A stretch of DNA of 62,283 bases, counting the filler, from Sphacelaria rigidula (lineage: Eukaryota), in assembly GCA_964200075.2 (NCBI GenBank). It is 8 parts of 8 records of this genome, joined end to end, with 100 filler letters (N's around TTAATTAATTAA, not from the genome) between each part and the next. Parts side by side here need not be neighbours in the genome. Positions count along the whole stretch, not along the records: positions 23,397 to 31,094 come from CAXNAA020013754.1; positions 31,195 to 38,892 come from CAXNAA020013755.1; 6 more parts are not named here. One strand, given 5' to 3'. A program made the translations under genes and the position numbers. Below are positions 23,297 to 36,235 of this stretch, in pieces. The notes below the pieces were generated by a model. It was not told the DNA's origin. It searched no databases and saw only the letters and a list, made by a program, of their open reading frames with translations. Positions within the stretch are counted from its first letter, which is position 1. Each line of letters starts with the position of its first letter.

Positions 23297-26200
23297 NNNN
23301 NNNNNNNNNNNNNNNNNNNNNNNNNNNNNNNNNNNNNNNNTTAATTAATTAANNNNNNNNNNNNNNNNNNNNNNNNNNNNNNNNNNNNNNNNNNNNGAGA
23401 ATAAGAACTTGTGCTCGGGTTGGGGCAGCCAACAAGAACTGAGCCTCGCTCAAAATAAGGTATTCTTAAGTGGTGACCGCCTCTGTAGTACAACAAAAGT
23501 TCCGCATTGCCTAGCTGTAGGCTGGTGTAAAGGTCATACTGAGTTATGATTTTTTATTCGTGACCCCCGATCCCAATTTTTTCCTGACCAAAAGACCCGC
23601 GGCGCTCAAATCAGCCTGTAAATATATTCTGAGGGAGGAAATATTTATGCAACCCCTGCTTTCTAGCATGCTTTGAAAAGCTATACCACAATCCTATCGA
23701 CCAACGCGAAGGGTTTAACGACGGATTCGCAATCCTCACCCCAAAACTACCGTATCCTGAATTTTTCAACTTGATCGAGGCATGTTTCAGGCCCGGAGAG
23801 TGTTCCACACCATCCCCGCATGGGCGTGTTTTGGCATATACGAAGTATACTGCCGCCGCAAAATAGAAAGATGCATTGAAACCCGGACACGACGTACAAC
23901 TTTGGTTTTCCAACATCAAGATATCATCATAGCGACATCATGGGATCGTGTGAAAAGCATTCAAGGGTTTTGCGGTGGGGGCTACCCCCCCTCCGAAAAT
24001 CATCATCTTCAGCGCAGAACCTGCACACTATTCAAGGCGAGCTTGGAGTTGGGGCCATGCGCATTGTCCTGAACTCCAACGGCCGTGATAACGTCTGACT
24101 CGGTTCGCACGTGAGACGGAGGCGCATAGAGATGAATCGAGTTGTTTCAGGAAATAGGGATAAGAACGACTGAGTTATCCCAAGTCGTTTGGTAAAAAAA
24201 GCGATACTCGTTTCTCATTTTGTAGTAATCATTCGGAAAAGTGGGAATGAAGGAATCTGAGTCGAATCACACGGTGTCACAACTTGGGGGGAACATGAGG
24301 ACGCGTGTGACTCGAGCCAAATGAGTCATTGCAGGAAGTGATGGCTAGTGAGACTAAAGTTTGTAGGAGTCATTTGGGGGGGAAAATCATGACGAACATG
24401 ACTCATGTCAATATGAGCCATTCAAAACTGATCCGCGAGGAATCCTAACTCGTCCAGCGAGTCACACGAGTCGGATTCAGACTCGTCGGGCGCATGGATA
24501 TTGGTTGTGAACACATGAATGACATTCTAGAGAGTTCTCTGATGCTTATACATGACGGATACAAAAATATGTGAGGTATGGACTGTATTTATGACTTTAA
24601 CCCGACTTCTCCGTACTTGGCTTGGATTTGGCTTTGTTTCTAGATTATATTATTCGTTCTGTGAGTGCCTCCCAATCCCCATGTGAAGGCGGATGCGCAG
24701 GAGCATCACTATCATAGCACATGAGAAACGAAAGTGACGTTTCCCAGGGCCGCTAACGAGGAAAACGTCTTGGTGCTGGGAGGCTACCTCTTCCTACTGT
24801 AACGAACACGCCTTTGCTCGAAGGATGAGGGCGACTAAGATTCTTCACATGAGCGTATGTATTCGCCACGCATGGATTCGCTGTGTATTCATACCCGTGC
24901 ATGATTGAAATTGGGCAAATGCCAGAAGAAGCGCGACACTTGCGATTGTTCCCTCATCAGCGTCTGATGTTTTATAGCGTGGAATACCTACCCTATTTTC
25001 TTCATAGAAAAGTGGTTTCAAAAACTCGTTCAACGCTTACCAACGTTAGGATCCTCCCGGGCGTAGCGTACGAAAAGATGGGCTTAACAAGATAATAGTC
25101 GATATTAGACCAGCTTCTTATGAGAGACGAATACAGCAAGCTCATCCTTCGAACTTCCTTGTCGGTTCAGCTAGTGATAGCCCAAACGAAGGCTCTTTTT
25201 GTCTAAAGGATGATGTAAACGTCTTGTGCGATTCAGTTGCGATGTGTCGACCAAAAGTAATACATGACAAGCACGTGGGGCAAAGTGAGAAAACGATACT
25301 GTTGCGATTATTTGACCGGTACGCACTGGAGAGCAATCCGAGAAAATCCTCGACAATCCTACGTTGATGGATCGGGTAAGCAAAAGTATTCACTAAGAGT
25401 GAGCTGTGAGCCGGAGCTATGGTTTGAACCATTTCACAAGAATCATTCTCCTTGAAATCGACAGGCTAGGTGCATCAACGTATATTGGGGCTTCATCGCT
25501 CAAAAACCCACGTCTTACTATTTTTATTTTACTTTCTTCATTTCTCGCACTTTGAAACATCTCCTCTTCCTCGTGACGGGCCCGTGGTCTCAAGGAATCG
25601 ACCGATCTCTTCCCGGTGGCAGTCCATTATCTAACGGGTATATGCCATCTTAGTGTTCTCCACAAAGCATGTACGACCAACCAATCATCGAAGAGAAGGC
25701 TTCACTACTCCCACTGGAAGGTCTTCTAGTAGGCTGATTGCGGGATATGGGATTGTATTGCAACTCTTGACGAGCACCTTGGTCCGACTTCCTCTTATAG
25801 CGACTGCTGCCGCTCTTACCTACCTTGGGTACGCCTATCTTGTGACAACGGCTGGATCCCTAGGGGGCGTACTCATTTGTTGCTTGCCTTAGTCATTTGA
25901 CCATTGACCACGCATCCCTTTCGAGNNNNNNNNNNCATACATTACACAAGAAAGTCTTACATATCTTATCCACGTCCTCTAGGGGGTTAGTTAATGTGCG
26001 ACAATCGACCAATCAACCGACCAATCAACCAATCAACCAATCAATGTATATGCGTATCGAAGATCATTGTGATAGCATCAAAATCATCATGAGACGTGTG
26101 TGTCATGACAGAAGCCGTTCCGACCCCCTGCTGGAATCGGACGAGCCTGGAAAGGCCCGGAATCTCAGTACTTCGTGTAAACTCTTTGATACTACTTACC

Positions 26201-27239
26201 GCCCAGCGTATGCATGGCGGACCCTGGTGTGCGAGAAACTCCGTGTATGCTGCCCATGAAGAGCGCGATATTACGAGGTTGGGTGCACGCAGGAGCAATC
26301 AGCGCGAGACACATCTCCGTTAGTGCGGCTCATGTAGTGTCCCAATGGGACATATGCCAAGAGGTCCCTCTAAGTGATCGCGCGCTAATTTTTGAACCCA
26401 TTGTAAGACATTTTCGGGCATCCGTGTTTGGTTTCAGTGTGATGTTTCTAGTTTCCACCTACCTGTCTTATTAAGTACAATTCTTGGACGCGGACATTTC
26501 CTCTACGCAACATGTGCGTAAGAAACTCGTGCGACGAGAAAACAGGAGCGGGAACACGAAGCAGTCCCGCCATATGCGGCGATACGGCGCGAAGGATTCG
26601 AGTTGTGTGCCTTGAGAAACAATGTAGACGGGTTTATGAAACTATCCGTTATCCGAGAATCCGTTGGAGTTCTATATTCGCGCGCAGCAATCGTTCGCAA
26701 TCACGGCACTCGCAATGACTAGGGTTATTGCCCCTTTTACCCATCTCATTATCCCGGGCGGTAAGATGACTAGCATCATCAATAACACCGTCACCACAAC
26801 AACAGGGATGGGGGCCTATACCACTGTCTGCCGTATTCCTTTGTTCAGTTTCAGCAGAAGCACGACTACTGGTACCGCCCCCACTACCATCATCGCCCGT
26901 TCTCGTTTTCGTGGCCGTACGTTTTGTTCGTTTGATTCCCCCGGCAGGGCTACCGTCGACGGCGTGGTAGTGAGCGCTTGTTGCCCCCGTCCGGACGCCG
27001 TGTGTTGTGTGTGTCACTGATGATCGCGTTCGGCTGATAACTTTATATTTAGTCTTTTCTCCTTCACTGTGGACTCTGCGATTTGCTGTTTGTGCTGTTG
27101 TCGTGATTGGTGGAGGTGGTGGTGGGGGTGTGATGGCTGCCGTGTGTTCTTGATCACGATGTTTACTGCTGCTGCTGCTGCGGCCGCGGCCGCTGATGTT
27201 GTGGTCGCGGATGTGTTCGTTATTCTCATTGGTGCAGGT

Positions 27240-27647
27240 GGTCGCGTTGGTGTTGATATTTGCGTCAGTGTGACCCTCTTTTCCTAACGCAGAGCAACAG
27301 CAGCGATCCCTGCGTTTTTTAAGCAAAGAAAGTAAATGGAACAGGACGAGAGAACATTGTACTTCCTCCGATACATAAGTTAACTCGATTACATTTACAC
27401 GGGTCCTTAACCGTGCCCGATGCCGTTGGCGGTGATATTTTTTAAGATGGTCGCGTTGGTGTTGATATTTGCGTCAGTGTGACCCTTTTTTCCTAACGCA
27501 GAGTAACAGCAGCGATCCCTGCGTTTTTCAAGCAAAGTAAATGGAACAGGACAAGAGAACATTGTACTTCCTCCGATACATAAGTTAACTCGATTACATT
27601 TATACGGGTCCTCAACCGCGCCCGATGCCGTTGGCGATGATATTTTT
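27240..27647. repeat. Tandem duplication of about 205 bp (27240-27443 and 27449-27647)
   Basis: Two near-identical copies of GGTCGCGTTGGTGTTGATATTTGCGTCAGTGTGACC...GCCCGATGCCGTTGGCG.TGATATTTTT. Confidence 0.9.
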
Positions 27648-29044
27648 GAAATCTTTGTAATTTTTTTAGTTGAAACCCTTATATAAATATATATATATAT
27701 ATATTGCGCAGCCTCCTGCATGAGCAAACGGCCCACGAAAAATCAGTCGGCTCCCAGAAAGCCCATATTCCGCCCCTTTTCCGGGGGCGAAAAAACACCA
27801 AATTACCGCCCGCAGTGCCGCCTCTTTTGTCGGAGTAAGCAGCGACGGCTGCCCATTACGAGGTTTGTTTGAGAGGTCAAGCTCCTGGGTGCCTTCGATT
27901 TGTGCTTTGCAGCTTTTCCATAGCTGTGCGGGGTATTTCAGGGCCAACACCGTAGCACTGGGCGAGGGGGCCTGCAACGCCCTTGGGCAGCCTTACCGTG
28001 CCTGGCGGAATGGCCAGCGCTACCTCCATCGCCAGGGCATAGCGGCGGCCCAATGACACCTCAACGCACCGCTGGCGACGCGGGGGGGGGGGGTGCTTAC
28101 GGTCTCCATCGTAGTTGTGCCACGAAGGGGGGCGGTAAACAGGCTTTTATTGAAGAGTCCTAGAAAAAAAATCTAAAAAAAACATTTTCAATAGCATTCT
28201 AAAGCAATTCCTAAAATGTTGGTTGTTTAGGGTACTTTGACCCCCATAGATCCTCAATAACAGCAACTCGGATTTGTTTTTTGTTTCTTCATGAGCATCT
28301 CCGTGACTGTAGATTTGCAATGAACCTAACTATAGCACCGCACGCTCTTCCGTTCAAAATATATGATCTGCGCACCATAATCGAGCGTAATCTGGTAGAT
28401 GCTTCGTGACATTGGCCCGAGGGGAGAGGTTTTACCGTTCGACCACCGGAGGTGTCAATTTTTAAAGTCGTCATCATTTTCACCCAAAGAAAGACTAGAG
28501 GTGACGCTGATTCAACAGGTGGACACCTCCTGCGGCCAAAGGGTTGAAACAAAGCTATACCTGGTCCCTGGAGAAGTATAGAGGAAGGAGCAAATACATG
28601 AAACGACACATCTCAACGCGACGAAGCCGGCGACGGCGGACACCGCGAAGCGCCTAAACCTATCACGTACGTTCGGCAACCCCGCAAGAGCATATTTCAA
28701 CGACGCGCCTCACGTGCTCCAGCCAGGAAACTCCCCGACTAGCAAATGTACTCTGAACCCAAGAGAGAACAGGAAATACTACAGCCTAGTAACGACGAAG
28801 TGGTGGCCTGTAAGCGCTGGAGAGATGGAATGCTGACCCATCAGCAGTCCACGGAATTTTCATGCTGCATTCTCAAGAAAAGTGTTGATGATATACTCCG
28901 GAGTAAATGCTAAATATTCGTCATACTTTTGATCCCTTCCCTTCTTGGAATGAAGCGCCTCACTCTGAGAGTTACCAGCTAGATCGCCGGGGTTCTCCGG
29001 CAGGTAATACGTGCAAAAAAGCATGGCTGAATTGCATAGTATTA

Positions 29045-29253
29045 GAGGTATCTCAAACTTGGTTCCCGATTCCCTGGTTTATTTTGTTCTATTTTTTCAA
29101 GTGAAAGTGATGGCGAATCATCAGGAGATGAGACCCTTTGACCGCCGGGTCAGGTCCTCCTAGGTATCGCCATCATTTTCACTCGAAAAAATAATCCAAA
29201 TCCCAGAGCCAGCGAATAAACCTGGAATCTGGGAACAGCGTTTGAGATACCTC
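29045..29253. mobile_element. 209-bp MITE with long imperfect inverted arms
   Basis: GAGGTATCTCAAAC / GTTTGAGATACCTC termini, TATTA on both flanks, inner arms GTGAAAGTGATGGCGA / TCGCCATCATTTTCAC. Confidence 0.8.
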
Positions 29254-29626
29254 TATTAAGACATGAACTCGGATTGATTGCAGAATGGGTATTCTTTTCG
29301 GCCAACAAGGAAGCCAACGTATTTCGAGGTCATGTTATGCCCAGCGCGCGGGGGGGGGGAGACAACGCTCGAACCACGAACAGGGCACATGCCTCATGAA
29401 GCGCGTCCTATTAACCCCCTGATACTGCATTTCATGCCGTGCTTGGTAGAAACAACGATACGACGCGGGAGGCTCGAAATGCAGGGGACTGACAGGGCGT
29501 TTTAGGTGAGCGAAACATGCATATTGAATCGGTTGGACAGTCCTTGACGGCCACCTACTACCTGGCATTTCCATGACTCTCTTCTAGTCTCATACTGTAA
29601 ACGAATTGTAGTGGTTTGTGATTTTC

Positions 29627-29628
<2 letters not shown>

Positions 29629-29667
<39 letters not shown>
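29629..29667. repeat. (GT)n microsatellite
   Basis: About 19 perfect GT units. Confidence 0.95.
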
Positions 29668-29668
<1 letters not shown>

Positions 29669-31490
29669 ATGCTTGCACGTAACGTTTGCGTAACGTGAAA
29701 TTACGAAGCAAGTTTCTCGCGTGAAGTTGCGGTTTGTACACCGACGGGATCAACAATGGAAGAACTTCTTCGTGGGGACTATCCCATGTTTGGGCAATAA
29801 TTGCTTCTTGCTCAGTCACCTATAATAGTTTAGCATCTCCATGACTGCGACCTTGAGCCGGAGTACAGTTTTATGTTTTTCGTGGCGGACCGAGTCTGTA
29901 CTGAGATTCCGGCGTGCTGCGCACCTCACACGCAAAAGTGCTTACTCTCGTACTTGGAAAAATTACGCGTGACCACGCCGTATTTTTCGACTTTTATTAC
30001 CACAACAACAGCACGCGACGGTAATCCGAGCATTTGGAAAATAACGGAAGCGAATGTGGTCTCACATGGCCGGCTGGTGGTGTACACCTATAGGAAATAA
30101 GGTATCCTACCAGTCAGTTCCCGTCCGAGACTACCAAAGAAAAATAATTACCAGGTGTATGGCCAATCGAAAAATACGGATCGATTGATCATCCCGCATG
30201 AATTGATCCCCGAGAGAGCCAGCTGAAGTCATTTTCCACACAAGAGACCGTGCCCAGAGTGAACACAGCGTGGAAACTTTGGTCAACAAAATAAAATGTG
30301 GAAATCTGGAAGACAGAAAAAACGGGATGAAGTCGAAAACCAAAACCAGAACAGAAACGAAATCCACACGAAGTAGAGAAGCAGAAGTTCCCGATTTTCA
30401 ACCGGAACCGCGGTCAGTAACAAGTATCTGCATTATAGTAGTCTCGAAAACGCCAAAACGTGTTGCATATCACACACATACATGTAAATATTCATGTGTA
30501 CCGTCGATACCTTGTGTTTTGAAGTTCCATGATGGCTCGTGTCTCGATGAGTTTCACCAGTCGACGACCTAGCCGCGCGCATTCATCTGCTGCCTCGTTC
30601 CCCCTATCAGTGAAGTACAGAGCAAGCAAATAGCAAACCTGCCGCATGAATATACACACAAAAGCCGTGTACATCACTTATTCATGCATCGCACACGCAC
30701 AATAACTAGGTGACCTTGGCGTTCTTCTTTTCTCTGCAGCAGTGACAGTCCTTTTTTGTTGTTTACAACGTGCGATATACACAATAGCTGGCCGTCCTTG
30801 TACATATAGATATATGTGTGCGTGTTCACAGTTAGCTTGCAACACGGTTCCAGGACTTGGACGCCAAGTTGTTGAAGCTCGTCTCTTCGTGAATTTCGAG
30901 TCTATCGACATATCTTAGGTCTCCGCTCTAACAGCCGCGGACGCAAAAGTGGAGGTTGTTGAGAAATCACGACCAATCAGGACGGTTTATTTTCGCGGTT
31001 AACTTATTCGATTCGAGAAAAGCCAACATGGGGAGAGCCGCCTGTCGTGCCTGCGTTCCCCTGGCCGGCAGGCTATGGAGCCAGGAACCCCACCNNNNNN
31101 NNNNNNNNNNNNNNNNNNNNNNNNNNNNNNNNNNNNNNTTAATTAATTAANNNNNNNNNNNNNNNNNNNNNNNNNNNNNNNNNNNNNNNNNNNNAAAAAA
31201 AAAAAAAAAAAACAAAAAAAAAAAAAATAAAAAAAAAGAAAAAAAAAAAAAAAAAAAGCACAGAAAAAGATGGCCGGCCTAAAACAAAAAAGGAGCAGGA
31301 AAAAAAAAAAAGGAAATAAAATAATTAAAAAAGGAAAAAGCCCAAGAGATTCAGGGCAGCAGAGTAGATACAGTACACACCAGTGGGCACTGCAGAGCCA
31401 TCGACTAAGGACATAATCAACAACTGGTATGAGCAGACAGGGTGCTTCAACACTGTGCATGAGAAAATCGATTTCTGATAACTTTATTCT

Positions 31491-31584
31491 TCCCTTCCCT
31501 TCCCTTCCCTTCCCTTCCCTTCCCTTCCCTTCCCTTCCCTTCCCTTCCCTTCCCTTCCCTTCCCTTCCCTCCCTCCCCTCCCTT
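31491..31584. repeat. (CCCTT)n microsatellite
   Basis: About 16 perfect pentamer units, then degenerate. Confidence 0.95.
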
Positions 31585-32083
31585 CATTCAGGTTTTCTTC
31601 GTCCTCTCTAACTGTATTTTCCAGCTCCTTTCGTTTTTATCCGTGCATCCCTTCTGCGATCGAGTGTTTTTGTCCATTCGCCTTTGGTACATCTAGTTTC
31701 ATGATCGCGGGGGGCTGGAGTGGTAGCGGGCCAGTCAACATATCCAACAACCGACCAATGAATCAATATCCACCCCTCCGTCCCCCCTGCTCCGTTGCGG
31801 AAGAGATCCGCAATCAAAGGTCAAATGACTAAGGCAAGCAATAAATTAGTACGCCCCCCCCCCCCCCCCCCCGTCCTTAGCAGGATGCAGATCACCCCTC
31901 ATGCGACTTGCCGAACATATCACGGCGCTCCGCGCTCGGTGATTGATCGCGAGTCTGGTCCGGCGAAAATCCGGTGTGCTCCGTTCCGGCTTCGGCTTTG
32001 TAGGAATACGAGGTCAATGGTCCTATGACTACGGCATGCAAGATCATGAGTACGCCCGTGTTCGTTCCCACCCCCGTGCTCAG

Positions 32084-32395
32084 GTATGGAGCCGCTTTGT
32101 TTCAATCCAACGGGGGGGGCGCTTGTTCAAAGTCATGGCCCCAGCGTTCGACATGTTCAACCACGACCCTCAGTCGTCCACAGTGCACGGATTCCAAGAA
32201 GCAAACGACTGCCTGCACTTGGTGACCCTCCAAGAATGGACAGCGGGCAGCGAAGTTCGGTTCTGTTACGGCCCTCTGCCGAACTCTCGCCTGCTGCTGC
32301 TTCATGGCTTCTGTGTACCGGGTAACCCTTTCGACGCCGTGGAGCTGTGGTGTGCTATGGAGGAGACCGCCCCTGGGTACGCGGACAAGGCGAAG
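32084..32395 (+). CDS. Internal exon of a SET-domain protein methyltransferase, Rubisco-LSMT/SETD3/SETD6-like
   Basis: 312 bp, phase 0-0, CAG|...|GTAGA. VWSR, MAPAFDMFNH, GSEVRFCYGPLPNSRLLLLHGFCVPGNPFD are the family signature motifs. Confidence 0.9.
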
Positions 32396-33220
32396 GTAGA
32401 GTATGACCATTACAGGTTCATTTTTTAATCATATCGGTAAAATATTGAAGATTGCGTCAAAAGGGATGTAACAAAGAAACTGTCTCGATGAGGACCCCTG
32501 CCCTTCGTTTCGCCGAATAGATGAACTGAAGGGTTTTTGTAATATTGTCATCAGCGATGGGGTTTGTCTGTGGCTGTACACAGGTGAGCCCCTGATTTTT
32601 ACCTTTATTTTCTTCATTTGTTTTGTAGCCCTAACGTAAAAATTCGACTGAGCCCGTCACGAATTCGGAGTGGTTGGAAGTGGTCACGCACACACACACC
32701 ATTAAATAACGACGATGTGCTATTTGGTATATATTTACGAAGAAAAAATAGTGAGAAAAGACGAAAGCGGTGGCGGTGGTTTGTGCACACGGCCGCGCAC
32801 GAGAGCTTCCAAACCCCTTGCAGGCCTGAACCGTTAACATAACCCCCATCACTCATGTCACAGACCGTGGCGTGACCTTGGTGGGGCATCGCTGTCGTTT
32901 TACCGGAAATGATGCTCCGAGATGATGACAAATAGTACCGTGTGGCGACACAATTTGGGATTTTGAATGGAATCCGCGCGTGTGTGTGTCGGGGGGGGGT
33001 CATGGGCCCCTCAATCGTACACAAGGTTGAAGAGGAGTATCCTCAGCCCACGAGACGTTCGGATATGAAGGAGAGAGTGAGCACCAAGCACACTGTCCCT
33101 TCTGTACCTGTGAGATTCGCTAAATAGATCTACGAGACGTGTACCGCAGCAATATCACCCGTGCTATACAGCACGGTTGTGGAGTTGGTGGGGGAAGCTA
33201 CCCCTTCAGTAGCAATCTTG

Positions 33221-33458
33221 CAAGGGTGTCTCTGGTAGGGTGAATATCCAGGTGTTTACTCTACCGAATGTTGTGTTGGTGCGATCTCTGACCTCTACCC
33301 AGGTATTGGATAGATATAGGTAAGATCGTACTACTCTGCCCCAATATCTTGGTTTTATTGAGTACGATTGCAATACTCTACCCGAGTTTTTGGGTACTTT
33401 GGAGTACGACTTTTCGGGATACCAGAATACAGGAAATATCCTACCCAACACGCCCGTA
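33221..33458. mobile_element. hAT-type MITE (238 bp)
   Basis: CAAGGGTGTC..GGTAGG terminus versus CCTACCCAACACGCCCGTA; 8-bp flanks CAATCTTG / CAATCATG (7/8); internal TACC/GGTA motifs. Confidence 0.65.
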
Positions 33459-33732
33459 CAATCATGAGTATAGTCGGAGGTCTGGTTCATAACCATGGCC
33501 GAAGGAGCGCGATTCGTTTTCGATTCTGTGGAACAAGACTGACACGTATGGCGGTCTCTCTTTTTGACGTTTTTTTCGCATGTGAAAATCTCGATCTCTA
33601 GCGAAGCATGCGTCTTGGGCAGGAAAACGAGGAAGAGCGCGTGGTTCATTTCGTGGTGTTTTGTTATATGCGAGCTGTTTGAAGTGCGTATGGAGTTTTC
33701 ACGTTTTGGATTTGGCCAAGAACAACGCCGGC

Positions 33733-34730
33733 TCAGACCCGCAGACGTCTATGAAGTAGGCGTTTTCTCGGTGAGGACTTCGCGTTGCGAGAAGCGGTCT
33801 GTCTGGGCTGCACATGCAACTGTGATGCTGAGGCGCAGTGCGAGATGTACGTGCCGTCCCCGTCCGTCGCGATCTTCACGCATAAATTAACCGTTCGGTT
33901 CATTCCGCGGATCGACCCACCCTCGAAGGAGGCATTGCCGATCGATTGGGATACCTTCCGGGTGATGGTCGAGGGATCGACGTGGAAGAACGGGTGCTTC
34001 TGCAACTCAAGGCACATACTCCGCGACAAAAGGAGCGGTTCATCCCAGATAGCCGGAGACCCGAACGGGTGGTCGCCTGCTACTAGCCCCTCACCCCCCC
34101 GGCCGATGAGGCGCTCATTGAACTCCATGGGCCCACCCTTTGACTGTGAAATGAACTCTAGCTACATACGTTACCCAACTCGCCTTTGAAGCTGTTGAAT
34201 ACCACGAGCAGGCCATTGGGCGGCAGAACGGCGGCACACGCGAGGTTTCGCAGCTGGTTCGAATTGAGCTCTTTCGCCGTCCTGGTACCTCGATATACAA
34301 AGGGATCCGCCAGCGCCTCGTTATGGAGACTCCTCCTCCGGATTCTTCCGCATGTATTGAACTTTACTCCTCTCCTCTGCGGTGACTACCTTATCCTCCA
34401 TTCGCGAATACCCTTCGGGGTCGAGGTTGAAGGCTGCCTGGGCTGTTTGCTGAGCATCTGACCGGGCAGCGCGCATGCCGTAGTTGCTCTCATCGTCATC
34501 ACCACCGGCCCCCGCTTGCCTTCCTCTCCCGAAGCCGGCATCCCGCGAGTTGTTCCTCCTCTTCGCAGGCTGGAAACCGGAGTCGTTACCGTAGTCACAA
34601 AGATACGTGTGACGTGTCACCTTAAGAATGGCCGGGGATCAGCCGATCTTCTCCCCGTCCATGGAAACCGAGCTTCTTTGACATTCGACAGCGCTGATGA
34701 CTGTAACGACTCCGATTTTTGCCATTAGAT
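33733..34730 (-). pseudogene. Decayed ORF of unknown family, homologous in part to 34750-35590 on the opposite strand
   Basis: FNERLIGRGGEGLVAGDH...FFHVDPST...NLCVKIATDGDGTYISHCA; upstream frames broken. Confidence 0.55.
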
Positions 34731-34749
34731 TTTTGCCAATGGAGGATAG

Positions 34750-35590
34750 GGCAGTCACCGTGGCGTTCAACGAGTGCCTCATTGGCCGCAGGAGTGAGGG
34801 GCTAGTAGTAGGCGACCACTCGGTGTTTTAGTCTCCGGCTAGCTGGGAGAAACTGCCCCTATTGTCGCGGGTGTGTGTGCCTCCAGGCGCAGAAGCACCC
34901 GTTCTTCCACGTCGATCCCTCGACCGTCACCGGGAAGGTATCCCAATCGATCGACAATGTCTCCTTCGAGTTTGGCCGATCAGCAGAGTGAACCGAATTA
35001 TTAATTTGTGCGTGAAGATTGTGACGGACGGGGACGGTAATTACATATCGCATTGCGCCCCAGTAGCACAGCTGCGGCCAGCGCTACAGCGTAGGGCAGA
35101 AATTGTGGAGAGCGTGGGCCGAGTCCTACCCTCACTACTTCCCCGCGATTCCTGAGGTGGGGGTGTTCGGGGACGGGGATATCCCCGCGGCCGGGAGATC
35201 CAGTAACGGCGCCCAAAAGCTGACGTTGGTAGGGGGGTGGAAGGTCTACGTGTACTGCGGCAATCACCATAGCAAGGCGCTCGGCGACGCCGACGCTCTC
35301 GAGAGCAGCGCTCGGGGAGACTTGGAGCTGTACCGGGCATGCACAGACGGGGATGAGATCACCGACGAGGCCGTCAGCGATCACATGTGGGGCGTCATAT
35401 GCCAAGTCATCAGCATTCATGCTTGAACGACGACATCAGGCCACTTGCCCAGCTCAAGGAAGTGCGCTACCACGGTCTGCCACGGGTTCACGAGGTGGCG
35501 AAGAGCTTTGAGGCTGAGATCAGGGGGACGGCTACGAGAGCCACGGCTAGTTGTGCTACAGGAGGTGTGTCGATTAGTGCCTCGTAGCGA
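34750..35590 (+). pseudogene. Decayed ORF, second copy, extending to a VYVYCGNH motif
   Basis: NLCVKIVTDGDGNYISHCA matches the minus-strand copy; several frameshifts; continues WKVYVYCGNHHSKAL. Confidence 0.55.
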
Positions 35591-35596
35591 CCGAGG

Positions 35597-36235
35597 CTTT
35601 TTTGTAGTTGTTGTTGTTGTTGAGCCAAATCAATCTCCTCTAGTGCGCGTGTTTGATCTCTTCCTCGATGTATCATTCGTGCCTCTCTCCAAAACGAATC
35701 CCTGGTATTCGTTCGCTGTGCACAGCACTCGTCGCCATCTTGTAGAGTATTGTCGCCGTTTGAACGGCTTTGTGCTTCATTCAATATTTCTTGCTCGTAC
35801 TGATAAAGCGCATCCTGTCGCCGTACATCGCCCGTAACCCCTCCGCGCAGGCAAGGCGGACTATGCCGAGGGTGAGACCCTGCCCGGGGGTGCAGTGTCG
35901 AGAGGCACGCCGAGGAAGAAGAGAGAGGCAGGTGCGGCACCCACATTGCGCTCAAGACTTGTTGGGTTCGTTTGGCATCGATGCTTGAGTTTGACGCGAG
36001 TGAATAAAATGGTCTGGCCTCTGGGGTCGAAAACGATACATCCCGCGCATAACTTTCATTTGTTGATCCAAATCAATCTTCTCCTGTGCGCGTCATTACT
36101 CGGCATTGTTTTGGCCCTCCTGACTATCTTCTAACGCTGTCTCGGATGGCTCAATAGCTTGCATGACCAACTTATAGCAAGGCGCCCGAACTCCGCTCAT
36201 CCTATCCATGATTTCTCCAAACGATTTTTTAGGGA
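35597..36235 (-). mobile_element. Decayed 3' fragment of an L1/Tx1-like LINE with (CAA)n/A tail
   Basis: Remnants YKLVMQAI, NK*KLC..DHFIHS (CxxC..H zinc-knuckle-like, frameshifted) and LRAMYGDRMRFI (IWxxRN-like), then CAACAACAACAACTACAAAAAA. Family call is by eye. Confidence 0.45.
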
